DNA from: Alphaproteobacteria bacterium | GTDB lineage: Bacteria > Pseudomonadota > Alphaproteobacteria > Rs-D84 | NCBI GenBank assembly: GCA_017475605.1 | Contig: JAFVFD010000005.1 | Coordinates: 180,001-212,000, forward strand | Length of the DNA: 32,000 nt | Direction: 5' to 3' | Shown: positions 1 to 8,117 of the stretch, one piece after another | Layout: each line of letters opens with the position of its first letter | How positions within the stretch are numbered: position 1 is the stretch's first letter | Notes under the pieces: model-generated | What the model was told of the DNA's origin: nothing | The model's input: only the letters and a program-made list of their open reading frames with translations | Databases searched by the model: none | Translations under genes and position numbers: made by a program

Positions 1-24
1 GCATATAGCGCGTTTTTTATTGTA

Positions 25-1149
25 TTAAAACCAACCCTTTTTCGCCGATTTTGTTTCGGAAAATTCGGTCAGAATCTTTTTCTGTTTTTCGGTAAGTTTG
101 GTTGGAATAGATATTGCAACATCTATATACAAATCGCCGAACGAATCGCGCCGCCCTGTTGGCATACCGTGTCCACGCACACGCAATTTTTCGCCAACCT
201 GGGTACCTGATGGAACCTTGACTGACAACTTCTTATCGTCAATGGTTTCAACCTCTATTTCACCACCCAGTGCCAATGTTGTAAACGGCACATCAACACG
301 TGTAATTAAATCGGCACCGTTGCGCACGAATCGTTTGTCCGGGCGCACACGCACATCAAGATAGAAATCCCCTGACGGCGCACCATTCGCGCCCGCTTCG
401 CCCTGGCCCGCTAATCTTAAACGCGCGCCATCTTCTATTCCCGCTGGAATCTTGACATCAATACTGCGCGATTTATGAACGGCCCCCGTTCCATCGCACG
501 TGGTACATTTTTTATCGATTTTATGCCCCAGCCCATTACATTCCGGACATGGTGTTTCCATCGCAAAGAACCCCTGGCGCGTGTGGACAACACCCGAACC
601 GCCACAACGCGAACAGGTCGGTGCCGGCTTGCCGTCTGCGGTGCCATAGCCATGGCATTTTTCACACGTAACCTTACTTGAAAAATTAACAGTATGGGTT
701 GTACCAAAATACGCATCACGCAGGTCAATTACCACCTGGTCCAACAAATCACGACCCGCACGATTTTGCGCCGCACGCGCACCACCACCCATATCAAAGC
801 CAAAACCGCGCATCGCTTCGCGTAAAATATCGTCCATTCCGGCGCCACCACCCATATCAAAGTGGAACGCACCGTTCCCAAATGGGTTTCCACCGAATCC
901 AGCCCCGGCGGATGCACCATTACCCCCTGCGAACGCCGCATCACCGTAACGGTCATATGCTGCACGTTTTTGCGGGTCCTTTAATATATCAAAGGCATTA
1001 TTAACCTCTTTGAACTTTTCTTCGGCAGATTTATCGCCCGGGTTTTTATCCGGATGGTATTTAAGTACCAATTTATGATATGCCCGCTTAATATCGGCAT
1101 CGGTCGCATCGCGCGCGACACCCAAAACTTCGTATGGATTTTTATTCAT
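25..1149 (-). CDS. dnaJ: Molecular chaperone DnaJ (Hsp40), 374 aa
   Basis: J domain with HPD motif ([11 protein letters not shown]). Gly/Phe-rich linker. Four CxxCxGxG zinc-finger repeats ([32 protein letters not shown]). C-terminal client-binding domains. Confidence 0.97.
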   Translation of the reverse strand: MNKNPYEVLGVARDATDADIKRAYHKLVLKYHPDKNPGDKSAEEKFKEVNNAFDILKDPQKRAAYDRYGDAAFAGGNGASAGAGFGGNPFGNGAFHFDMGGGAGMDDILREAMRGFGFDMGGGARAAQNRAGRDLLDQVVIDLRDAYFGTTHTVNFSSKVTCEKCHGYGTADGKPAPTCSRCGGSGVVHTRQGFFAMETPCPECNGLGHKIDKKCTTCDGTGAVHKSRSIDVKIPAGIEDGARLRLAGQGEAGANGAPSGDFYLDVRVRPDKRFVRNGADLITRVDVPFTTLALGGEIEVETIDDKKLSVKVPSGTQVGEKLRVRGHGMPTGRRDSFGDLYIDVAISIPTKLTEKQKKILTEFSETKSAKKGWF

Positions 1150-1181
1150 TTTTTATTGTCCGTAATATTACTTGCCATTAA

Positions 1182-1209
1182 ATATAGGGCATGCCCACGC
1201 AAAATCAAG
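1182..1209 (-). promoter_or_regulatory. Putative sigma32 (RpoH)-type heat-shock promoter for dnaJ
   Basis: The minus strand reads CTTG-attttgcgtgggcatgc-CCTATAT. This fits the alphaproteobacterial heat-shock consensus CTTG-N17-18-CYTATNT. The -10 element lies about 33 nt upstream of the dnaJ ATG. Confidence 0.45.
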
Positions 1210-1302
1210 CCCCCGCCCATAACTTTTATGGCGGTATTTTAGCCCAAAACCGTTATTTTTTCGTTTGCACAAAATCAAATAATGCTTAATAATAAGGGCA
1301 CT

Positions 1303-3282
1303 ATGGTTGAAAAGAACACACACACATATGATGCATCAGATATTCAGGTCTTAGAGGGCCTTGAACCCGTCCGTCTGCGCCCAGGTATGTATATTGGGGG
1401 GACGGACGAAAAGGCTTGGCACCATCTTCCTGTCGAAATATTGGACAACTCGATTGACGAGGCGGTGGCGGGTTTTGCAAAAAAAATATCTGTTGATTTG
1501 ATTGACGCTAAAACAATTGAAATTACCGATGACGGTCGTGGTATTCCGGTTGACGAACACCCAAAATACCCCGGTAAATCGGCCCTGGAAGTGATTTTAA
1601 CCACCCTGCATTCTGGGGGCAAGTTTAATAATAATGTTTATAAAACCAGTGGCGGCTTGCATGGTGTTGGTTCCGCGGTCGTGAACGCATTATCGTCGGA
1701 AATGATCGTAACTATTTCGCGCGATGGGTACGAATGGCACCAGACTTTTTCCCGCGGTAAAACAACATCACCAATTACGCGCGGTGCGGCGACAAAGGCG
1801 CATGGAACGAAAATTCGCTTTACCCTGGATGATGAAATATTTGGCGCAAATGCGGTATTCAAACCTATCAAGATTTATCGTATGGCGCGGGCCAAGGCAT
1901 TCCTGTCGCGTGGTGTAAAAATCGATTGGCGGTGCAATCCGGCATTACTTACCGAAGATATGGGTATTCCAGACACCACAACATTTTACTATGCAAATGG
2001 GGTGGCGGACTTTTTGGCGGAAAAAACTGATTCAGAACCCAAAATCTTGCCAAAGATATTCAGTGGTTCGGTTGATTTTCCGGACGATACCGGTCGCGTT
2101 GAATGGGCATTAACGATATTAACAGACGAAAACGGTGCTGCATCGGACGATGGGTTCTTTGCATCGTACTGTAATACAATTGCAACAATTGACGGCGGCA
2201 CACACGAAAGCGGTTTTAAATCTGCTATTACCCGCGGCATCAAGGCCTATGGCGAAAAGGTTAATAACAAGGCTGCGGCAAATATCATCGGCGAAGATGT
2301 GTTTGATTCCGTTGCAGCGATTGTATCTGTGTTTTATAAAACACCACAATTCCTGGGTCAGACCAAGGAAAAATTGTCCAACCCAGAAATCGCGCGTTAT
2401 ACCGAAAATGCACTGCGCGACCCATGGGAAATGTTCCTGGCGTCCGACCCGAAAACCGCAAACGCAATATTGGACTTTGTGATAAACCTGGCGAATGCCC
2501 GTATTAAAACAAAACAGGTCAAGGAAATCGCCCGCAAAACCCCAACCAAACGTGCACGTATGCCGGCGAAATTGGCGGACTGCTCTAAACATGGGGTCGA
2601 AGGAACAGAATTGTTTATCGTCGAAGGTGAATCGGCGGGCGGTACCGCGAAACAGGCACGCGAACGCGCAACCCAGGCAATTATGCCCCTGCGCGGCAAG
2701 GTTTTAAATGTTATGTCTAATTCCGATGAACGCTTTAACGCGAACAAGGAATTAAATGAATTGATTGATATTATTGGTGCCGGCACAGCAAAAGATTGGG
2801 ACGAAACAAAATTACGTTATGAAAAAATCATTGTTATGACCGATGCCGATGTTGATGGTTCGCATATTGCATCGTTGTTGATGGCGTTTTTCTATCAATA
2901 TATGCCGCAATTGATTTATGGTGGGCACCTGTATCTGTCCTGTCCGCCACTTTATAAATTAACATGTGGAACCGAATCGGTCTATGTTGATACGGACGAA
3001 GAATTAGAAAACCTGACAAACGGTAAATACAAAAACAAACGGGTCGAAATTTCACGATTCAAGGGTCTGGGTGAAATGATGCCAAATCAGTTACGGGAAA
3101 CAACTATGTCGCCCAAGACACGCCGTTTGATTCGTGTTGATTTACCGCCAAAAACAGACGATGGAATCGAAGATACGGAAAAAACCCGCACCATCGTTTC
3201 AGAATTGATGGGTAAAAAACCAGAATTTCGATTCAAATTTATCACCGAACATGCACAGTTTGTAAAAGACCTGTTCGTATAA
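1303..3282 (+). CDS. parE: Type IIA topoisomerase B subunit, most likely topoisomerase IV subunit B (ParE)
   Basis: GHKL ATPase N-terminus (VLEGLEPVRLRPGMYIGG, ILDNSIDEA). TOPRIM motif ELFIVEGESAGG, plus IIVMTDADVDGSHI and PPLYK motifs. At about 660 aa it lacks the long insertion typical of proteobacterial GyrB, which favours ParE. The ATG at 1303 has an AAGGG Shine-Dalgarno; the ORF-track ATG at 1282 has none. Confidence 0.8.
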   Translation: MVEKNTHTYDASDIQVLEGLEPVRLRPGMYIGGTDEKAWHHLPVEILDNSIDEAVAGFAKKISVDLIDAKTIEITDDGRGIPVDEHPKYPGKSALEVILTTLHSGGKFNNNVYKTSGGLHGVGSAVVNALSSEMIVTISRDGYEWHQTFSRGKTTSPITRGAATKAHGTKIRFTLDDEIFGANAVFKPIKIYRMARAKAFLSRGVKIDWRCNPALLTEDMGIPDTTTFYYANGVADFLAEKTDSEPKILPKIFSGSVDFPDDTGRVEWALTILTDENGAASDDGFFASYCNTIATIDGGTHESGFKSAITRGIKAYGEKVNNKAAANIIGEDVFDSVAAIVSVFYKTPQFLGQTKEKLSNPEIARYTENALRDPWEMFLASDPKTANAILDFVINLANARIKTKQVKEIARKTPTKRARMPAKLADCSKHGVEGTELFIVEGESAGGTAKQARERATQAIMPLRGKVLNVMSNSDERFNANKELNELIDIIGAGTAKDWDETKLRYEKIIVMTDADVDGSHIASLLMAFFYQYMPQLIYGGHLYLSCPPLYKLTCGTESVYVDTDEELENLTNGKYKNKRVEISRFKGLGEMMPNQLRETTMSPKTRRLIRVDLPPKTDDGIEDTEKTRTIVSELMGKKPEFRFKFITEHAQFVKDLFV

Positions 3283-3380
3283 AGTTCAAAGTGCAAAGTG
3301 GAAAGTTCAAATAATGTGTGCCGGCGAATGCCGGCTCTGCTTTATTATATTTGAACTATGAACTCTGAACTTTGAACTTT
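3281..3380. repeat. Heptamer-array inverted repeat (about 33-nt arms) around a GC mini-hairpin
   Basis: Left arm: AAAGTTC AAAGTGC AAAGTGG AAAGTTC AAATA. Right arm: TATTT GAACTAT GAACTCT GAACTTT GAACTTT. The arms are complementary at about 27 of 33 positions. The centre contains GCCGGC-GAAT-GCCGGC (3320-3335). Confidence 0.8.
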
Positions 3381-3383
3381 AAT

Positions 3384-3410
3384 AAAAAATGCGCCGATGG
3401 CGCATTTTTT
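3384..3410. terminator. Bidirectional intrinsic terminator between convergent parE and the 594-aa gene
   Basis: AAAAAAT-GCGCC-GAT-GGCGC-ATTTTTT: a GC stem flanked by an A-run and a T-run. Confidence 0.75.
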
Positions 3411-5193
3411 ATCTTATTCCAACCATAAATTCATCACCCCAATCGGCAACACGTTGGCCACCAACGGTGCAACTTATATCTTCAAATCCGGTCTTAACCT
3501 GATTCTTCTTTACAACATTACTGGTTATCAAACCGCCCGCGGTACCCAATACAACACCCGCAATAGAATCAGATGCAAGACGCGCACCGTTAAAGTTACC
3601 TTCGGACGTTTTCCACACACTGATTTTTAACCCTGCCATTATATCGTCCAATTTCTTTGATGCGCTTTCTATCGCCGCACTGGATTTTGTTACACGTTGT
3701 CTGCGCGCGGCTTCTTCGCGTGCCGCAATTGATTCCGCAGACTCTTCGCATTTTTCACCAGTCCATTCATAACCAACTTTCTTACAATTACATACCTTGG
3801 TTACTGAATTCCAAACTGTATCGCCAGCTGCTTCACAGGCCGCAGCATCCGCAGACTTTTGACATCTTCCCCCAACAAATACCATATCGGTGCCATTACA
3901 CAAACACGCTGTGCCGTTCCAATAAGCACCGGTTTCAGATGCAGCTTCACACGCACGACGACGTACGGCTTCATCTTTTTCGACACAGCCCACCGCCGCA
4001 CTTTCGAATTTAAAGTCGGCATTTCTGCATTCGCATTTGCCATTGCTTAACACAATGTTCTTTTCTGCGCGACACGTACAAGCATTATTTACCCATTCAC
4101 CACCAGATTCAATACAGGCTTTTTTGGCCGCACTTTGCTGCTGTTGTTGGCGTTGACGTTGCTGCTGCCGTTGTTCGTCGCGACGTACAGCACTTGTCGT
4201 TTTTTCACATTTATCCGCGGCCGCATTCCATGCAAAATCTGCACCTTCTTTGCATTCGCAACGATATCCATCAGATGCCAACACCAATCCTTTTACATCC
4301 GCACAGACACAAGATAAATTGGCTTCGTCATATATGCCGCCGCTGTTTGTGCATAATGTCTTATAGTCTGCATCTTGGATACATTTACCCCCAGACTGCA
4401 CCCAACCAGCATTGCACGTGTATTTATAACAGATATCACCATTATCAACAACCCAACTTGATGCGTTATTGTGGCTTGACGAACGATTCGGATTAACAAT
4501 TTCCAAAGTCGCGCGACCCGCACGAACATCCACCGACAAATCAACCGATCCATTGCAAACATATGGATCTCGGTGTGTCCATGTCTTTCTTGCTGGGTTG
4601 CATTCCCAAACCTGATTTTCTATATCATCCTGTTTGCCGATATGAGCACGTTTCATAAATATACGATTTCCCGCACGACAAGATGCTTTTTGTCCCTGAT
4701 CACAGACATAGCAACCATTTCCACCAGATTCGATTAAATGTGTATTATTTTTACATTTTTCAACAGACAACTGGGTGCAACTTTGTGCCATATCTTCAAC
4801 GCATTTTCCATTTTTATATGAATACCCATCATCACAATAATAACAAGCGGTATTTTTATCACGATATTCGGTCAAGGCAACATTACCCGTTCCATCAATA
4901 TTTGGCTTCGCAATAGATGCGGTTCTTATATGCAAGGTTGCATTGCCAATAAACGGGCGGCTTTCCCAACCAACCCAATCTTCATTTGGGTTATCACAAA
5001 ACTGGACTTTTTCTGCTGATCCCAATTCAGGATTACCATTTCTATCATTTTTGCATTGCTTAACCTGCCAATATGAGCCCTTGTTTTCAAGGAACCATTG
5101 ACCAGCCTCCACACCATACGTTGAACAATCTGTTGCAAACGCCGGCGCAGCAATAAACGCACAACACAAAAACATAAGTATTTTTTTCATCAT
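3409..5193 (-). CDS. Secreted Cys-rich modular protein with C-terminal Gly-zipper-like anchor, 594 aa, unknown family
   Basis: Signal peptide MMKKILMFLCCAFIAAPAFA. About 37 Cys in the mature part by my count. Four tandem modules such as ACIESGGEWVNNACTCRAEKNIVLSNGKCEC. Gln/Arg run RRDEQRQQQRQRQQQQQ. Hydrophobic segment IAGVVLGTAGGLITSNVV about 35 aa from the C-terminus. Strong SD AAGGGGGAG. Confidence 0.85.
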   Translation of the reverse strand: MMKKILMFLCCAFIAAPAFATDCSTYGVEAGQWFLENKGSYWQVKQCKNDRNGNPELGSAEKVQFCDNPNEDWVGWESRPFIGNATLHIRTASIAKPNIDGTGNVALTEYRDKNTACYYCDDGYSYKNGKCVEDMAQSCTQLSVEKCKNNTHLIESGGNGCYVCDQGQKASCRAGNRIFMKRAHIGKQDDIENQVWECNPARKTWTHRDPYVCNGSVDLSVDVRAGRATLEIVNPNRSSSHNNASSWVVDNGDICYKYTCNAGWVQSGGKCIQDADYKTLCTNSGGIYDEANLSCVCADVKGLVLASDGYRCECKEGADFAWNAAADKCEKTTSAVRRDEQRQQQRQRQQQQQSAAKKACIESGGEWVNNACTCRAEKNIVLSNGKCECRNADFKFESAAVGCVEKDEAVRRRACEAASETGAYWNGTACLCNGTDMVFVGGRCQKSADAAACEAAGDTVWNSVTKVCNCKKVGYEWTGEKCEESAESIAAREEAARRQRVTKSSAAIESASKKLDDIMAGLKISVWKTSEGNFNGARLASDSIAGVVLGTAGGLITSNVVKKNQVKTGFEDISCTVGGQRVADWGDEFMVGIR

Positions 5194-5263
5194 TCTCCCC
5201 CTTAGGAACTATACTTTGTGTATTATTTTATCATATTTTATCGCATAAACCAAATGGAAACTT

Positions 5264-5292
5264 AAAATAAAACCGCCCAAACGGGCGGTTTT
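5264..5292 (-). terminator. Intrinsic terminator downstream of dnaA
   Basis: The minus strand reads ACCGCCC-GTTT-GGGCGGT followed by TTTTATTTT. Confidence 0.7.
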
Positions 5293-5322
5293 CACAACAA
5301 CCAAAACAAGAAAGAAAACTTT

Positions 5323-6600
5323 TTATTTGTATTCCGCAATCAGTTCTTTGATTTGCGCATTTAATACCAAATCAGACGTCGATTGTTTTTCAATTTGTTT
5401 CAATGCATACATAACGGTTGCATGATCGCGGTCGCCAACATATTGCCCGATTTCCGCCAACGATAGTTTTGTTGCACCCTTTAACACAGCCATCATTATT
5501 CCACGCGACAAAACAAGCGAACGATTCCGCCCCGCCCCACAGATTGCATCATATGAAACACCCAACTTGTCGCACATATCATGAACCATCGCAATTGGTG
5601 TTTTTGATTTTTTAAGTGTGTCCGCCAACAAATGTTCCGCCAATTCAACCGTTACATCTGTCCCCATCAATTCAGCATATGCACGAATCTTGGTCGCGAC
5701 ACCCGCAATCATGTGCCCGTCCGATGAAACACGACCCGCCAATGCGTTCGCAACATTTGCCGATACCCCCGCGCGCATCAACATTACGCGTTTCACATTT
5801 TCATTTGGCATCGCAACATCTGCGACCAAGCCTGATGCAAACAATGATTGAATACGACGATCAAACCCCGTCAGATTGTTTGGTGTTGTGTTCGCAGTCA
5901 ACACAATGTTTTTACCGGCATTCCGCAAATCGATTATTAACTGTACAAATTCATCGGTTGTTGCGCGTTTCCCGGCCAGCGCATTCACATCGTCCAAAAT
6001 AAATGTATCGCAATTACGGCAATAATCTTTGAATGCGAAAACATTGTGATTTTGTAATGAACGTGTGAATTCAGATACAAAACCGCCACCCGTCATCATA
6101 ACAACACGTCCAGCAGATGCATCGCGAATACAACCCGCCAATAACGATTTACCAGAACCAGATGCACCATAAATAAACAGCGGGGAAAAAGAAACACCGC
6201 CCGCTGCAACCTTTTTACATGCCGACAAAACAAATGTGTTTTCATCAGAAGCAATAAACGCATCAAACGCACCTGCATCTGCAACAGTTGTTGCCACAGG
6301 TGTATATTTTTGAACATTGTTATCGTTCGCAATTTGTGCCTTGGATATTTTAGCACCACGAACACAAATATCTAATGTCAAACCATATTCACCCGCAACG
6401 GATTCAAGTGTATTACGATGTACAGAATTAATAAAATCGACCGAGAATTGATTTTGCGCACGCAACACCAACGCATTATCAACAATTTCAAAATCAAGTG
6501 GCGCAATCCAGGAATTAAAAGCAGCAGAATCCATTTTTGCGGCGATGGCCCCCCGGATAACATCCAAGTTTGTCATTTTTTTTGTCGCCACTGTCTGCAT
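5323..6600 (-). CDS. dnaA: Chromosomal replication initiator DnaA, 425 aa
   Basis: AAA+ Walker A IYGASGSGKSLL. DnaA domain IV (LSLAEIGQYVGDRDHATVMYALKQIE). The start at 6600 (MQTVATKK) is preceded by AAAGGAGAAACGGC; the ORF-track start at 6669 has no SD. Confidence 0.95.
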   Translation of the reverse strand: MQTVATKKMTNLDVIRGAIAAKMDSAAFNSWIAPLDFEIVDNALVLRAQNQFSVDFINSVHRNTLESVAGEYGLTLDICVRGAKISKAQIANDNNVQKYTPVATTVADAGAFDAFIASDENTFVLSACKKVAAGGVSFSPLFIYGASGSGKSLLAGCIRDASAGRVVMMTGGGFVSEFTRSLQNHNVFAFKDYCRNCDTFILDDVNALAGKRATTDEFVQLIIDLRNAGKNIVLTANTTPNNLTGFDRRIQSLFASGLVADVAMPNENVKRVMLMRAGVSANVANALAGRVSSDGHMIAGVATKIRAYAELMGTDVTVELAEHLLADTLKKSKTPIAMVHDMCDKLGVSYDAICGAGRNRSLVLSRGIMMAVLKGATKLSLAEIGQYVGDRDHATVMYALKQIEKQSTSDLVLNAQIKELIAEYK

Positions 6601-6968
6601 GCCGTTTCTCCTTTCCTTCCCTAAAAGAGTTTCCTGCCCGTACAAGTAGAGTATAAAAACCACCTGCACATAAACGCCAAATTTTTCCGCATTCGAAAAA
6701 ATTTAGTGTTTATGTTAGCCCTACACCCTCTCGCACTTCCTGGGCTGATTTCATATTCGTATTCCAAATATAAAACCCACCCATATTTTTCGAACCAGTG
6801 TCATATTATATTTATAACCCCGGTTCACTTGTTTGATTGATTTGATTCAATCGTTTGGATTACAGAAAACAATTTATAAGATAATTTTACATTTGCAAAT
6901 AAATCTTCATAAATTTTTAAAGATTTATTTTTTGACAACGATTCGTTTTTTTGCCCGTTTTCCGCGCT

Positions 6969-6991
6969 TTGTATATACACTGTATATACAA
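6969..6991. promoter_or_regulatory. 23-bp perfect palindrome: two tandem copies of self-complementary TGTATATACA
   Basis: TTGTATATACA-C-TGTATATACAA. The 10-mer TGTATATACA is its own reverse complement and recurs with an 11-bp period. It lies 9 nt downstream of the dprA stop, in the 399-bp non-coding region upstream of dnaA. No T-run follows it on the minus strand. Confidence 0.5.
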
Positions 6992-6999
6992 GAAAAGAA

Positions 7000-8028
7000 T
7001 CATAATTTTATATAGCCACCATCTACTTTTTTTATCAATCCGCGCAATTCTAACACAACTAAATCGCGTTTAATTTCCGAAATACTTTTTTTGACAATTT
7101 GTGTCAATACAGATTCGGATACTGGAATTGTTCCTAACTTGTCCAAAACATCATTTTCCGATTCGGACCCCGCGTCTTCTTTTTTAGTTTTTTGTGTTGT
7201 ATTTTTATTCCCATCAAAAAAATCCCCCACCCCCATAAGCAGTCTTGCCTTGCCTGATGCTATCAAAGAATTCGGACCTGCCGCGCGGGAATCCGCCGGA
7301 TGCGATGGAATTGCCCACAATTCCCGATTCGATTCAATGGCGAATCGGGCGGTTGTCATACTGCCAGATTTTAAATCAGCCTCGCCCAAAATAAGTTTTT
7401 CAGCAATTCCGGCAATCCAACGATTACGCACAACAAAGTTTGACCCCACCGGCATAAACCCAACCGGCATTTCACTTACCACCACACCGCGTTCCAGTAT
7501 CTCGTAATACAACGATTCGTTTTCAATCGGCCAAATATAATCTGCGCCACCACCCAATACCGCAATTGTTTGACTGTCCCCCGCCGCACGCAAGGCCCCA
7601 CGATGCGCCGCCGAATCGGTTCCAATTGCCATACCTGACACAACCGCAATATCACGCGCCGCAAACGCGGTTGCCAATTCCGCAACGAATTTTATTCCCG
7701 CCGCCGTTGCATGCCGCGTACCAACAATTCCAATGGTGTGTTTACGCAATGTTTCAAGATTTCCACGCGCGGTTATTACCGGTGGATGATTTTTTATTTC
7801 CTTTAACATTGGCGGATAAAGCGAATCTGTATCACATATATATGTAATATTTAAACGCGCCGCGTTTTCCATTTCACGCGCAACAGCATCGCGCAATTCG
7901 CTTGTCGCGCCAATTGTATCCGTCGCCGCCGCAGCCGACCCAAATTTTTCAATCAATTCGTTGTACTTGGCGGGTCCAACGCGCGGTGTTCGCAAAATCA
8001 ATAACTTATCAAATATTTCTTTATCCAT
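7000..8028 (-). CDS. dprA: DNA processing protein DprA (Smf), 342 aa
   Basis: Rossmann-like DprA core: GIVGTRHATAAGIKFV, VVSGMAIGTDSAAHRGAL, TIAVLGGGADYIWPIEN, FVVRNRWIAG, SGSMTTARFAIESNRELWAIP. Confidence 0.93.
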   Translation of the reverse strand: MDKEIFDKLLILRTPRVGPAKYNELIEKFGSAAAATDTIGATSELRDAVAREMENAARLNITYICDTDSLYPPMLKEIKNHPPVITARGNLETLRKHTIGIVGTRHATAAGIKFVAELATAFAARDIAVVSGMAIGTDSAAHRGALRAAGDSQTIAVLGGGADYIWPIENESLYYEILERGVVVSEMPVGFMPVGSNFVVRNRWIAGIAEKLILGEADLKSGSMTTARFAIESNRELWAIPSHPADSRAAGPNSLIASGKARLLMGVGDFFDGNKNTTQKTKKEDAGSESENDVLDKLGTIPVSESVLTQIVKKSISEIKRDLVVLELRGLIKKVDGGYIKL

Positions 8029-8034
8029 GGCCGT

Positions 8035-8064
8035 ATTATAAAAAAATTACCGTTGTTTATTCAA
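8035..8064 (-). promoter_or_regulatory. Putative sigma70 promoter giving a leaderless dprA mRNA
   Basis: The minus strand reads TTGAAT-N18-TATAAT-ACGGCC-ATG. The perfect -10 hexamer ends 6 nt before the dprA ATG, and there is no SD. Confidence 0.45.
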
Positions 8065-8090
8065 CGGTCAATTATACATTATATATAATA

Positions 8091-8117
8091 AACAATGCGC
8101 CCGATGGGGCGCATTTA
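8091..8117 (-). terminator. Intrinsic terminator after the 284-aa gene
   Basis: ATGCGCCC-GATG-GGGCGCAT hairpin directly after the stop at 8118. A T-rich tract follows on the minus strand. A second hairpin, ACCGTTG-N6-CAACGGT plus T7, lies at 8041-8068. Confidence 0.6.

Noticed and set aside
1282-3282. Alternative call of the type IIA topoisomerase B subunit as GyrB.
   Set aside because: Its length of about 660 aa, without the large C-terminal-domain insertion of proteobacterial GyrB, favours ParE. No gyrA/parC neighbour is available to decide. A phylogenetic placement would confirm.
5196-5208. 13-mer TCCCCCTTAGGAA shared by the upstream regions of the 594-aa gene (5196-5208) and the tail-fibre-like gene (11099-11111). 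I considered it as a shared regulatory motif.
   Set aside because: For a 32-kb window on both strands, roughly 10 or more chance 13-mer coincidences are expected (about 1e9 position pairs times 4^-13). In the first gene the motif is simply the SD region. In the second it lies about 20 nt from the ATG. This is not significant without more copies.
6601-6999. Possible chromosomal origin (oriC) in the long AT-rich spacer next to dnaA.
   Set aside because: I scanned both strands by eye for TTATCCACA/TGTGGATAA-like DnaA boxes. The best matches were 6-7 of 9 (for example TTTGGATTA), and there was no cluster. I saw no TTAA-N7-TTAA CtrA-type sites either. In Alphaproteobacteria oriC is frequently not adjacent to dnaA. 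A GC-skew plot and a DnaA-box weight-matrix scan of the whole genome would be decisive.
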